DNA of 64,000 nt from Leucoraja ocellata (Eukaryota): positions 5,084,001-5,148,000 of the forward strand of contig JAWMAR010000015.1 in the NCBI GenBank assembly GCA_036785375.1, in the 5' to 3' direction. This document shows positions 1-11,954 of this stretch, in pieces. The notes below the pieces were generated by a model that worked only from the letters and a program-made list of their open reading frames with translations, had not been told where the DNA came from and made no database searches. The first letter of the stretch is position 1. The number at the start of each line of letters is the position of its first letter. Made by a program: the position numbers and the translations under genes.

Positions 1-583
1 GGCTTTAACTTGCACTAAACATTATTCCCTTATCATGTATCTATACACTGTAAATGGATCGATTGTAATCATGTATTGTCTTTCTGTTGACTGGTTAGCA
101 CGCACCAAAAGCTTTTTACTGTATCTCGGTATACTTGACAATAAACTAAGCTATACTAAATCTGATGAATCCCCCTTTTCCAACCTTGCTCACTACATCT
201 TCAATGATAAATCTTGAAACGTACTGTATGTTGATGGGTACAGCGCATTGTGATTTTCTGGCATTCTATCACTACTTCCCCAATAATATTACCAGGATTT
301 CCTAATGATAGATGTCAGGTTAACTGGCTCCACAGTTCCCTGTTCCCTTTGCCCTCCAGTCTTGTCTAGACTTTTCCCAAATTCCAATCCGCTATCCACT
401 CGGTCCTCTCTGGAATCCGAGGAATGTTGAAGGTTCTGTGCATCTGCCATCACGGCGACTCCTTCTTGTAAAACTCTTGAATGCAAACCATTGGTCTGGA
501 GATTTTGGCAATCTCCTGTAACTATCAATTTAAAATTAAAGCAGAAAATGCTGGTAGCATTCAGCAGGGCAGAATGGCATTAA

Positions 584-821
584 GGCAGCACAGTGCCGCT
601 GCAATAGAGTTGCTGCATTACAGGGCCAGATGTCCGGGTTCAATCCTGAGTATGGGTGAAGTCTGTACGGAGTTTGTACATTTTCCCGGGGCCATCCGGT
701 TTCATCCCACACTCCAAAGATGTACAGGTTTGTAGGTTAATTTGGCTTTGGTAAAAATTGTAAGTTGTCTCTAGTGTGTAGGATGGTATCTCTATAGTGT
801 GCTATATCTTTAAACTCAACT
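584..821 (+). mobile_element. HE1-type tRNA-derived V-SINE, degenerate and internally deleted
   Basis: tRNA-like head (ggcagcacagtg...gggttcaatcc) and V-domain gtctgtacggagtttgtac...cccacactccaaaga; matches the other copies in the window. Confidence 0.8.
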
Positions 822-1469
822 AGATCCATCAATGCTTGTGATTCACTCATCATTCTTCTTCTATGAACTTTGTCTTAGTGGCATCTTGGGCTTTGCATTT
901 ATTTAACAAGAATTACAGTTATAATGTATTAATTTTTTTAATTATTATATTTATGTATATTGTATTAACAGGCATTTATGCTGCTGCAGGTAAGAATTTC
1001 ATTGCTCCGTTTATCAGTACATATGACAATTAAACAATCTTGTCTCTTAACTCATGACTTCTGATTCTTACCATTCACGGAACGTTTATTATTACTTTCA
1101 AAAATCCACACACTTCATCTTCCTCATCTTAGTTCTCGGGATGACCTCCAAAAATGGTTGGTCCTCAAAATAAAGTGCTGATTACAGGACTTAGGTCTAC
1201 TTGCAAGATGGTCAGCTATCCAACAAAGCTGGTCAGAATCAACATTGTGTTGCTCATATTCACGATTTCATTGCCTGCTTAGAAAGAGCATCAAAAGCTT
1301 TTTTAGCAAATCCCCCCCAAGCTCTGAAAAGCCAATGGAAATACACATGTACCCTTCTCCGAACACCATCTCAGTGAACCAGGCTTTCTATTTGGCAAGA
1401 TGAAAGCTTTTGGATGCAGTATTAAAAAGCAGCAGCCAATACCCTGCGGCTTGGAACAATAAAATGAAA

Positions 1470-1640
1470 GAAATTGCATTTCATCGTTGGCCTCTCAAAT
1501 CATTTTACGGTCAATCAAGTACTTCTGAAACATGGTCAACATTTTGAAAAGAGAATGTGGGTGCCAATTTCCTCACTCTAAATTTCTGCATGCAGAAATG
1601 AGATTAATGACCGAGATTCTGCTTCTTGTAGTCATGTTGT
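1470..1640 (-). mobile_element. Ancient Deu-domain SINE relic (SacSINE1/AmnSINE1-like), 3' part
   Basis: ttgcattt...aagtacttctgaaa...gccaattt...aatgagattaatgacc resembles the reverse complement of the DeuSINE 3' region; similar to 11285-11535. Confidence 0.45.
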
Positions 1641-1770
1641 GTGATAGACTAGTGTAGCACCGTGCACTTTCTGTATTGTATTAGGTCTGATCTTACATTG
1701 TATGTCTAATTGTGTAGCTTAGTTTTAGGTGTAGTGTAGTGTAGTTTAGTTTAGTTTAGTTTAGTTCTGA

Positions 1771-1865
1771 GGTAGACCAAAGTGCTGGAGAAACTCAGCG
1801 GGTGCGGCAGCATCTATGGAGCGAAGGAAATAGGCAACGATTCGGGCTGAAACCCTTCTTCAGAC
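1771..1865 (-). mobile_element. Short PLE-terminus element with a degenerate hammerhead-like motif
   Basis: Closely matches 57545-57637, the terminus of the Penelope element; sits inside a (TTAGT/TTCAG)n microsatellite. Confidence 0.8.
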
Positions 1866-1898
1866 TTCTTCAGTTCAGTTCAGTTCAGTTCAGTTCAG

Positions 1899-2110
1899 TT
1901 TAGTTTAGATACAGTGGAAACAGGCCCCCTCAGCCCATTGAGTCCACACTGACCAGCAATCACTCGTACACTAGTTCTATCCCACACACTAGGAACAACG
2001 TACAGAGGCCAATTAGCCTACAAACCTACACATCTTTGGAATGTAGTAGAAAATCAGAGCACCCGGAGAAAACCCACGCGGTCATGGGGAGAATTCCACA
2101 CAGACCAGCA
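1899..2110 (-). mobile_element. HE1-type V-SINE, 3' part
   Basis: Reverse complement of the tail (tttagatacagtggaaacaggcc) and of the V-domain. Confidence 0.8.
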
Positions 2111-2176
2111 TACCTGAAATGTCAGCTGGATTTCTGCCCTTAAGTCCCACTCAGAGCCCCTCTGAGTTTCAACCAT

Positions 2177-2450
2177 ATGGAATTTAATTCAGATAAATGC
2201 AAGGTGTTGCATGTTGGTAATACAAGTCAAGGTAGGACTTACACAGGAAATGGTGGGACTCTGGGGATTGGTGTAGAACAAAGAAACATCGGGGTGCAGG
2301 TACATAATTCCCTGAAAGTGGTGACACAGTTCGACAGGATGATGCAAAAGGCACAGTGTATGTTTGCCTTCGTTGGTCAGGATATTGTGTGCAGGAGTTG
2401 GGCCTACTGCCATGTTGCAGCTGTACAAGACAGTGGGGAGACCATTGTCT
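2177..2450 (+). mobile_element. CR1 (HER1-like) LINE ORF2 fragment
   Basis: MEFNSDKCKVLHVG...GVQVHNSLKV is typical CR1 post-RT sequence. Confidence 0.85.
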
Positions 2451-2582
2451 CGTAGTGGTTTAGAACAAGGAACTGCAGATGCTGGTTTTCCAAGGAAAAC
2501 AAAAGAGGCTGGAGTGACTCACCGTGTCCCTGGAGATCATGGATGGGTGATGTTTCGGGTTGGGATCCTTCTTCAGACTGTA

Positions 2583-2890
2583 ATTTAGTTTTGTTTGGAG
2601 ATACAGCATGGAAACAGGTCCTTCAGCCCACTGAATCCACACGGATCATTCATCTACCGTAAACACTAGTTCTGTTTAGTGTTTACTTTCACATCCACTC
2701 TCTACACACTAGGGGCAATTTACAGAGGCAATTAACCTACAAACCCATAAATCTTTGGGATGTGGGAGGAAACAGGAGCATCCGGAGAGAACCCAAGCAG
2801 TCACAGGGAGAAGCAGCCAAGGTCATGATCGAATCTGGCTCTCTGGTGCTGTGGGGCAGTAGCTCTACCAGCTGCACTGCTGTGCTACCC
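2583..2890 (-). mobile_element. HE1-type V-SINE
   Basis: Tail, V-domain and tRNA-like head visible on the minus strand. Confidence 0.8.
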
Positions 2891-3691
2891 TTAACTAGTG
2901 GCCTCAACCTTACTCTAAGCTCTTGAGTACATCATGAAAACAAAAAAAAACTGCAGATGCTGAAATACTGAAAAATAAACAGCGAATGCTGGAAGCAAGT
3001 CAGTAGGTCAGCAATCATCTGAGGAAAGATAAATGAAGAAAATGTTTCAGGCCAAAGACCCTTCATGAGAACTGCAATAGAGTGAAAAGAGTCAGCCTTA
3101 AGTTGCGGAGAAGCTGAGGGAGGGGTGGATAGGTCAGTGGGAATATCTGAGGTAACGTGAGGCCAGGGTTTCTGTGGAGATGGATCTTTATTAAGCAACA
3201 TAAATGGTGACAACAGGTTTGTTGTGTTGCAAATTGTAATTCAGGCTGCACAAATGGAAGCATAAAAAAACACACTAATACTACAGACAGTTGACACAGC
3301 AAAAAGGGCCAACCATGATATTATGATAGAAACGAATTATTGAATGCAAAGGAATGTATTTCTATGATTTTCATTATGTCCTCAGTGAGTGAGAATTGAA
3401 GCCACTAATTTCTTGTTCAGAGAGTGAATGGGAAACCCACAGATACTATTTGACACAGCAGCAGAATAAAGATGGCCATTACTGTATGAGATGAACTCCA
3501 ACAGTTGGGGAAGCAAAATAGTGCAGCACAATGGTACCACTAGTAGAGTGGCAGCCGCAGGCTCTGGTGACCAGGGTTCAATCCTGACCTAGAGTGCTGT
3601 CTGTGTGAAGTTTGCACGTTCTCTCTGTCACCTTATAGATTTTCCCCTGGTGAATTAATTGGGTGCTCCAGTTTCTTCCTGTTTGTCAAAC

Positions 3692-3993
3692 AGTGGCGCA
3701 GTGATGCAGCGGTGGCGTTGCTGCCTTGCAACCCGCTAGAGACCCGGGTTTGATCGTGACTACGGGTGCTTATCTGTACGGAGTTTGTACATTCTCCCGG
3801 GATGTGCGTGGGTTTTCTCCTGGATCTCCAGTTTCTTCCCACACTCCAAAGACGCACAGGTTTGTAGGTTAACCGGCTTGGTAAATTGACCCCAGTGTTT
3901 GTATGAAAGTGTTAGTGTGTGAAGATCGTTGGTCAGCGCAGACTCGGTGAGCCAAAGGGCCTGTTTTCATGCTGTATCTCTAAACTAAACTAA
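3692..3993 (+). mobile_element. HE1-type V-SINE
   Basis: A-box-like gtggcgcagtg, B-box-like gggtttgatc, V-domain, (CTAAA)n tail; nested in an older copy at ~3523-4190. Confidence 0.9.
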
Positions 3994-4446
3994 AATTTAA
4001 TCTAAAAGCGCAGTTGGTAGGTTAATAATTTACTATAAGTTACCCCTGGTGTGCAGAATCTGGAAATAGTTTGGTGCGAATTGTAGGAAGGATAAAATGG
4101 CCAAGTGTTGAAATGAGTGCTTCATGGTTGGCATGAACATGGTGGGCTGAAGGGCCTATTTCCATGCTGTGTGGCCCAGCGACTCTAAAACCAAATCAGC
4201 TCCCAATGATCCAGATGATTTGTGCTTGGCTTGGCAAGGAGGAGAGGGAGAGGTCAGATGTGGTTGAGTGCTCTGTTAACTGTGGAAGGGAAGCTAGGAG
4301 GAAATTTTAAAAAAAGTGGGCGCCTCAGTAGTAATGCTGTAGAAGTGATTCAACTGAGAGAATGGAACAAAGACCTTACAGGGAGGGAGATGGAAGGAGG
4401 TGTAGCCAAGATAGACATGGGAGTCTGTGGACTTGAACTGGCAGAG

Positions 4447-4535
4447 AGTCTGAAGAAGTGTCTTGACCCGAAACGTCACCTATTCCTTCGTTCCATAGAT
4501 ACTGCCTCACCCGCTGAGTTTCTCCAGCATTTTTT
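4447..4535 (+). mobile_element. Short PLE-terminus element with hammerhead-like core
   Basis: CTGAAGA-a-gtgt-cttg-accc-GAAACGTC at 4450-4477. Confidence 0.8.
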
Positions 4536-5024
4536 CTAGCTTCATTTTTATAAATACGTTTACATGAATTTACAAAGGGAATAGGAGGAAAAAATATATT
4601 CATTTAAAAAATGACTAAATAATTTATTTGAAAGTTGTTATCCAATTGCAGCACCTGCTTACATACTTTGTTTTGTTTGACCTTGACTTATTTGGTGAAA
4701 TCCTTGAGACGTCAACTGTGTAAAAATTAAAAAATCTTTATTTTATGTCGACTTCCTCTCCATATCCATGTTTGTGTCAACACTTCACATTTTAAGCTTC
4801 ACTGCTACATTCATGAAGGGTTATGTTTATGTGAACACATCACTCTGCAGCCAATGCACCCTATAAATGATGTTGGCCTATCAGCTCAATTTCAAACTGC
4901 TCAAACATACTCCAGAGAAACTCATATTCTGACCAACATCTGCTCTGCTCTTCAAACTGACATTAGATTCCTTCTCATATTTAAAATGATAATATTGTTC
5001 CAATATCAGAAAGTTAAATTAGAG

Positions 5025-5546
5025 TGGCCACAGTGGCGCAGTGATAGTTACTGCCTTATGCCCCTGTCCCACTTAGGAAACCTGAACGGAAACCTCTGGA
5101 GACTTTGCGCCCCACCCAAGGTTTCCGTGCGGTTCCCGGAGGTTGCAGGTGGTTGCCGGAGGTTGCAGGTAGTGGAAGCAGGTCGGGAGACTGACAAAAA
5201 CCTCCGGGAGCCGCACGGAAACCTTGCGTGGGGTGCAAAATCTCCAGAGGTTTCCATTCAGGTTTCCTAAGTGGGACAGGGGTATTACAGCGCTTTCAGT
5301 GCCAGAGACCCAGGTTTGATCCCGACTTTGTGTGTTCGCCCTGTGACCGCGTTGGTTTTCTCCGAGATCTTCGGTTTCCTCCCACACTCCAAAGACGTAC
5401 ACATTTGTAAGTTAATTGGCTTAGTGTATGTGTAAATTGTCCCTAGTATGTGTAGGGTAGTGTTAATGTGCGGGGATCGCTGGTCGGTGCAGACTCGGTG
5501 GGCCAAAGTGCCTGTTTCTGTGCTGTATCTCTAAACTAAACTAAAA
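5025..5546 (+). mobile_element. HE1-type V-SINE interrupted by a MITE
   Basis: SINE head resumes (tta cagcgc) after the insert; V-domain and CTAAA tail present. Confidence 0.9.
5059..5284. mobile_element. Palindromic MITE, PIF/Harbinger-type
   Basis: Long inverted arms TGCCCCTGTCCCACTTAGGAAACCTGAA...TTCAGGTTTCCTAAGTGGGACAGGGGTA; TTA TSD at 5056-5058 and 5285-5287. Confidence 0.88.
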
Positions 5547-5984
5547 TAGATCAAGTGACGTCTACAAGACCTCCGAGCGCAGCCCTGAAAACCAGAGAGT
5601 CGAGGAGGAGGGAGGATTGGTTCACTAAGAGAGGGACCGGGGTAATGCCTTCGGTTGAAAGAGTTGCCTCTCCCGGACGCAGTGGCGGTTGGGCGAGGAG
5701 AGGGACATCGGTTGTCGGGCTGAGCTGGTCGAGGGTGACGGAGGAGGCCCTACAGCAGCCTTGGGCTTATCTGGATTGGGCACTCTCCAGTAAATCCAGC
5801 ATGGATTCACACATCCAGCATGAACTTTGGACTTTGGACTTTTTTCTTTTTCTTTTGTAAATGGCACCAAAATATTGTGGCGGGTGCAAGGATTTCATTG
5901 TGCAGTGCATACATGACAATAAAGGGTTAATTGAGTTATCCCATCACCTTATCTGTATTAGAGCAAATCTGATTGCTCCATTAC

Positions 5985-6770
5985 TGAATTACTGTGGAAT
6001 TCTCTGCCTCAGAGGGCATTGGAGGCCGGTTCTCTAGGTACTTTCAAGATAGAACTAGAGAGGGCTCTTAACGATGGCGGCGTCAGGGGGGAAAGCAGGA
6101 ACAGGGTACTGATTGAGGATGATCAGTCATGATCACGTTGAATGGCGATGCTGGCTCAAAGGTCCGAATGGCCTACTCCTGCACCTATTGTCTATTATCT
6201 ATTGAAAGGATGTGGAGGCTTTAAAAATGGTGCTTCAGACGTTTACCAGCACACTGCTTGGAATAGAGGGTATTGTCTATAAGGTAAGGTTGGACAAACT
6301 TAAATCATTTTCTCTGGGCCTGAGGTGTCACCTCATAGAAGTATATACCATTATGAAAGTCAGGGATTGGGTAGACAGTCAAAACCATTTGCCAAGGTGA
6401 AGATGTCAAAGAATAGAGAAATGGAGGGATATGGATCACAAGCAGGCAGAGGAAATTTGTTTAACTTGGCATCATGTTCAGCAGAGATATTGTGTGCTAA
6501 AGGGTCTGTTCCCATGCTGTACTACTCTGTTTATCGTTATTCCTTTGCAGATCATTGTAACAAATGACAAAGAAACAGGAAACCTGAAACAGGTGCATGA
6601 ATATCAAACTTACATTTAAGAAACATTTAGATAGGCACATGGATAGGGTCAATTTAGAGGGATATGGGCCAAAAGCAGGCAGGTGGGACTAGTGTTGATG
6701 GGGCATGTTGGTCATTGTGGGCATGTTGAGCCAAAGGGCCTGTTTCCATGATGTAACATGACTCCATAAC
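5985..6770 (+). mobile_element. Cluster of CR1/HER1 LINE 3' fragments
   Basis: ctgtggaattctctgcc, gaatggcctactcctgcacctattgtctatt tail, and further CR1 ORF2-end and 3'UTR pieces. Confidence 0.75.
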
Positions 6771-6973
6771 TACCATGTGATACCTTTAGTACTGATGTGA
6801 AGATTAACTTCCCAGCCACCATGATAATAAATGGATCTCATCCAATGAAACTTCACAAAGACAAGCCATATACTTGGGCACTGTAAGTCAACAAAGAAAG
6901 TCAATATCATATCACAGGCACCACAATGAGATAAAGTATGAACATGAGGGTCTCATTTCCACTTAAAATTGTA

Positions 6974-7285
6974 CGGCATAATGGCGCAGTGGTAGAGTTG
7001 CTGCCTCACACGCCCAGAGACTCGGGTTTAATCCTGACTACGGGGGCTGTTTGTACAGCGTTTGTATCTTCTCCCAGTGACCACTTCGGTTTTCTCGAGG
7101 TGATTCAGTTTCCCCTCACGCTCCAAAGATGTACAGGTATGTGGGCTAATTGGCTTATGTAAAATTGTAAATTGGCCTTAGTGCGTGTAGGATAATGTTA
7201 CTGTGCGGGGTTCACTGGTCAGTGCGGAGTCGATGGGCCGAAGGGCCTGTTTCCACGCTGTATCTCGAAACTAAACTAAACTAAA
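6974..7285 (+). mobile_element. HE1-type V-SINE
   Basis: Full head, V-domain and (CTAAA)n tail. Confidence 0.9.
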
Positions 7286-8364
7286 CCAGAGCAGTACAGG
7301 CATTAATCATTGCTTGAGTGTGCTCATGTTTCTGGCTGGTTGTATCTTGGCTCTTGTTACAGGCAAGTTGCCTGCTAATGTGAGTTGCAGAATGGAGTTG
7401 GGAGTCTAGCCTAGAGATAACTCATGTTGCCCAGTTGTCACCTTCTGTGTAATTGCAGAGATTGATTGATAATTGCATAGCGACCTGCTGGAGAATCGGA
7501 CTGCAGCATACACACCGAACATGGACCAGCATAATGCAATGTGTATGGTTACACACCATTTGGTACCGTGTAGGGTGGCATCTGTTTGGATGTGGTACAT
7601 CTTCAGGTTGGCATTAGGCATGTTTAACGTGAGGCGTGCTGAGTCAATGGTGCCCTGAGTCAATGGAAATCCTGTAATTGGGCACAGCTATGTCACCTCA
7701 CTCCATAAGCTAACTGCTCAATGATTTGGAATACACTGCACCTTCATTCTAGATAGACACAAATGTTGGAGTAACTCAGCGAGTCAGGCAGCATCTCTGG
7801 AGAAAAGGAATAGGTAACGTTTTTGGTCTGGACCCTTCTGCAGACTCTTTATCTTTCATGTAAACCAGCATCTGCAATTCCTTCCTACACACCACCATCT
7901 TCCATGGCCACTGGTATAGTAGCTGCACTTGTACTTGAATCATAGAGTGATACAGTTGGAAACAGGCCCTTTGGCCCAAGTTGCCCACACTGACCAACAT
8001 GTCCCAGCTACACTAGTTCCACCTGCCCGCATTTGGTCCACATCCCTCCAAACCTGTCCTATTCATGGACCTGTCAAACTGTTTCTTAAACGTTGCGGTA
8101 GTCCCTGCCTCAACTACCTCCTCTGTTGTGTTTGGAACATTAGGCAATCTGCAGTTAGGGTTCAGTCCTGATGGGGCATCTCATCCATTGCTCCCTACTG
8201 GGAGATGGGGTTGGGAGGAAGGGGATATGTTGTCCTGCTATGGGTCCTTTTCATCCCCCTACTTCCATCAGTTTTGTAGGCCATCTTCTTAACTCCCATT
8301 CCTGTATTCAGAGAGGAAGGGCAAATGCATCAGAGGTTAAAGGAATGTCATACTAATCTCATCT

Positions 8365-8913
8365 GTCCAACTTCTACCACTGTACCATAGAAAGCATCCT
8401 GACCACGTGCTTCACGGTATGGTACAGCAGCTGCACCACAGCTGACAGGAAGGCACTGCAACGGGTGGTGAAAACCGCTCATCACACCATTGGTGCCCCG
8501 CTCCCTGCCATGGCTGCCCTCCACCGCACACGGTGTCTGAGATGGGCTGGGAAAATCATTAAGGACCCCTCACACCCCAACCATGGACTATTTGCCCTCC
8601 TCCCATCAGGGAGGCGGTACAGGAGCCTTAGGTCTCGCACCAGCAGGCTGAGGAACAGCTTCTTCCAAAATACCATTACCCTGCTGAACTCACAGGCCCG
8701 ACGCTGGCTATCTTTTATACCCTTTTATCTGTATATATTTATGTGCCTATGTACTAGTTCAACTCATCCACATTGTACATATTGTTTTAACCAGGATTTT
8801 ACTACCTTGCACTCTGATTAGATGCTAAACTGCATTTTGTTGTACCTGTACTTGTATTTGTGCAATGACAATAAAGTTGAATCTAATCTAATCTAATCTA
8901 ATCTAATCTAATC
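8365..8913 (+). mobile_element. Rex1/Babar-type LINE 3' fragment
   Basis: IIKDPSHPNHGLFALLPSGRRYRSLRSRTSRLRNSFF C-terminal motif; AATAAA followed by an (AATCT)n tail. Confidence 0.85.
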
Positions 8914-9199
8914 AAACAAACCTCTTGGCTAACACAACGGTTTTCAAAAGCATCAAATGGTCCATTCTCAGGACCAGCAGCATGGGTCATAGATCCAATG
9001 GGCCCTGGGTCACAGAGTGGGGATTGACTATCTATATATACAGTAAGACGTGCAACGTCACCAAACTATGCACCGACAAAGCCGTGATGACCAGCAGATT
9101 TGGTACGTCATCAACAGTTAACATATACCATCTCTTCATCAAGTTCCAATCACAACTAGTTCTTCCTAAATTATCTCTAGTGTGTGTAGGATAGTGTTA

Positions 9200-9491
9200 A
9201 GGCCCTGTCCCATGATGTGACTTTACCCAAGAGATCTCCCAAGTTTTAAAAAAATCACTTGTGGTACTTCATCACGAGTATTTTTTTACTCTTAGAAATT
9301 TTTCACACTGTTGAAAAAATTCACGAGTTTCCGCTTTTCCCGAGTACCTGCGGTTAGCATTACGAGCCGCTACGAGACTTCCACGATCTCCGACATACCC
9401 GCTACGTCGAAGTATGCGTACTTACCACGAGTTTGATTTTTTTTTAACTCCGGAGAGCTCATGGATAAACTCGCCTCATGGGACAGGGCCT
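9200..9491. mobile_element. PIF/Harbinger-type MITE inserted in an HE1 SINE
   Basis: TIR AGGCCCTGTCCCATGA...TCATGGGACAGGGCCT; TTA TSD at 9197-9199 and 9492-9494; interior homologous to 24504-24820. Confidence 0.88.
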
Positions 9492-9659
9492 TTAGTGTGC
9501 GGGGATCGCCCTTCAGCGCGGACTTGGTGGGCCGAAGGGCCTGTTTCCATGGTGTATCTCTGAACTAAACTAAAGGTGTTGTGGTGGATTGCTTATTTAT
9601 TTCAAAGAAATGTTTTATTTAGAATAATATATGCAGGAAATATAATCAATACACATTTT

Positions 9660-10000
9660 TCACCACTTGTTCTGGAGACATATACATCATGACCCACTGG
9701 GCACCATCCATCCTGGATCTCCAGGTGAAATTGAACATGGTTTGGGTGAATGCCAAGGTGCAGGAACAAGGCACCACACCTGTGCCAAGTACTGCAACAC
9801 TGAGATCACCTCGTACCTGATGACCAGGTTCGTGCCATTCATCAAGAGGGAGCTCAGCTTCCGTATTCCCAGGCTCAGTTTCACTAATGACTATCAAGTC
9901 CTGCCGATTCTTGCTACATGCCCCATGTGTATCAAGGTTGATGCTGACTGATAGGAAAATGTCCAGCCCAAACACGGGTCTGGAGGTCACATTGGATCAC
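9660..10000 (-). pseudogene. Degraded Tx1-like LINE ORF2 fragment
   Basis: Frameshifted peptides GTNLVIRYEVISVLQYLAQVW and FTQTMFNFTWRSRMD resemble the Tx1/L1 post-RT region. Confidence 0.6.
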
Positions 10001-10089
10001 ACTGTGTGATCTGAACAGGATGGCCTTATTTTACCATCATTGGCCATATTCATCAATATTAACGTTCGCTGAAAATCCAAGGAAGCTTC

Positions 10090-10352
10090 CTTTTAGTCGG
10101 CTAACCAGTTCCACAGTCGCAACGATGTATCACACCATCTATAGTCAACAATATGGTGGCCGATCGGAACCACCCTGTTGGCCCTAATTTGTCCTGGTCT
10201 TTTCTTGCTTCCAGTCCCCCCGCCCCAACCATCAGTCTTAAGAAGGGTACCGACCTGAAACATCACCTATCCATTTTCTCCAGAGATGCTGCCTGACCCA
10301 CTGAGTTACTCCAGCACTTTGTGTCCATCTTTGGTATAACCCAGCATCTGCC
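10090..10352 (+). mobile_element. Degenerate PLE 3'/terminal fragment
   Basis: cagtcttaagaagggtaccgacctgaaacatcacc...gagatgctgcctgacccactgagttactccagc. Confidence 0.7.
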
Positions 10353-10360
10353 ATCAAATT

Positions 10361-10542
10361 NNNNNNNNNNNNNNNNNNNNNNNNNNNNNNNNNNNNNNNN
10401 NNNNNNNNNNNNNNNNNNNNNNNNNNNNNNNNNNNNNNNNNNNNNNNNNNNNNNNNNNNNNNNNNNNNNNNNNNNNNNNNNNNNNNNNNNNNNNNNNNNN
10501 NNNNNNNNNNNNNNNNNNNNNNNNNNNNNNNNNNNNNNNNNN
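10361..10542. other. Assembly gap (182 N)
   Basis: Run of N. Confidence 1.
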
Positions 10543-10813
10543 AGGCCCTTCGGCCCACCGAGTCCAACGGTCACCCGCTCACACTAGTTCTATGTTATCC
10601 CGCTTTCTCATCCACTCCCTAAATACCAGGGGCAATGCACAGCGCCCAGTTAAACTATCGCCCACACACGTCCTTGGGATGTGGGAGGAATCTGGAGGAA
10701 ATCGACAGAGTCACAAGAGAAAGGTGGAAACTCCACACAGACAAGGTCAAGATCAAACGCGGGGCGGTTGCGCAGTGAGGCAGCGGCTCCCACAGTTGCA
10801 CCACCGTGCCACC
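10543..10813 (-). mobile_element. HE1-type V-SINE
   Basis: Reverse-complement tail, V-domain and head (caccaccgtgcc). Confidence 0.8.
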
Positions 10814-11284
10814 CTTTTATTGAAGGTCACATTGTCTTCACCGATGTTTCCCTTAAATATTTCAAACATAGATGCACCTCAGCAATTATTGGTCTTGCCT
10901 ATCGATTATAATTACCGGCAGCACATCACAAAGGAAAGAGATGGAGTTGGCAGTTTTGTAAGATGAAAACCCCTTTTAATATATAAATGAGAGAACTGAG
11001 AGAACCACTGAGAGAACACAAGAGGCAAAAGTAATGGACTCAGCATTTTGAGATCTAAGTGTGATGCTAATATTTGCAATTTCAACACTTGCTTTGGAGA
11101 ATCAAAAACTTTACAGCAAATCTCTCCCCATGCACTGAAAATCCAGTGGAAATATACTGGTACCTTCCTCATAACACGAACGCAGAGAGCCGAGCTTTCA
11201 CTGAGCGTCAAATGCTTTAGGATGCTGTATTAAAATGCAACAGCAGATCCCCAGTGAATTGAAGCGGAGGGAGCAATGAAAGAA

Positions 11285-11535
11285 AATGATATTTACATTG
11301 CAACTTTCATGAGCTCACCATGTTGCAAAGTGCTTTCCAACAAGATAAGTACTTTTGAAATGTAGCCTTTGTTGCCATGTTGGAAATGTGGCAGCCAAAT
11401 TGCATACGGCAGGGTTCCAACAAGCAGCAATAGGACAAACAAACATGTTTCGTTTTTAATCGATGTTGGGCAAAACTCCAGGCTGCTCGCAAGCTGTACC
11501 GTGTTCCTTGGGATGTTTCATTTACACCTGAGGGT
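11285..11535 (-). mobile_element. Ancient Deu-domain SINE relic
   Basis: aaagtgctttc..aagtacttttgaaatgtag..ggcagccaaattgc..gggatgtttcatttacacctgag matches the recalled DeuSINE consensus in reverse. Confidence 0.65.
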
Positions 11536-11670
11536 AGGTTGGACAGTGATCCAGCAACTCATTCTTACTGGGTCAAACTGATACGTGACTAGTCTGCCAC
11601 CTGTGTGTCTGACTTCATTGCCCTCTAACCTGGACTAACAACTAATTTGGTAATTAAACTTTTATGACAA

Positions 11671-11954
11671 GGGCGGCACGGTGGCACAGCGGTTGAGCTA
11701 CTGCCTTATAGCGCAGGGACCCGGGTTCAATCCTGACTATAGGTGCTTGTCTGCACGGAGTTTATACGTTCTCCACGTAACCTGCGTGGGTTTTCTCCGA
11801 GATGATTGTAGATTAATTGGCTTGGTGTAAATGTAAAACTGTCCCTAGTGTAGGTGGGGTAGTTAATGTGTGGGGATCGCAGGCCAGTGCGGACTCAGTG
11901 GGCCGAAGGGCCTGTTTCCGCGCAGTATCTCTAGACTAAACTAAACTAAACTAA
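11671..11954 (+). mobile_element. HE1-type V-SINE (internal deletion)
   Basis: gggcggcacggtggcacagcgg head, gggttcaatcc B-box, CTAAA tail. Confidence 0.9.

Noticed and set aside
1730-1910. Regular (TTTAG/TTCAG)n repeats as a CRISPR-like or telomeric array
   Set aside because: These are microsatellite tails of SINEs; no spacers and not TTAGGG
9667-9951. 94-aa plus-strand ORF that looks like a host exon
   Set aside because: The opposite strand shows frameshifted Tx1-like LINE motifs, which explain the region
10238-10587. ORFs spanning X residues
   Set aside because: Artefacts of the N gap
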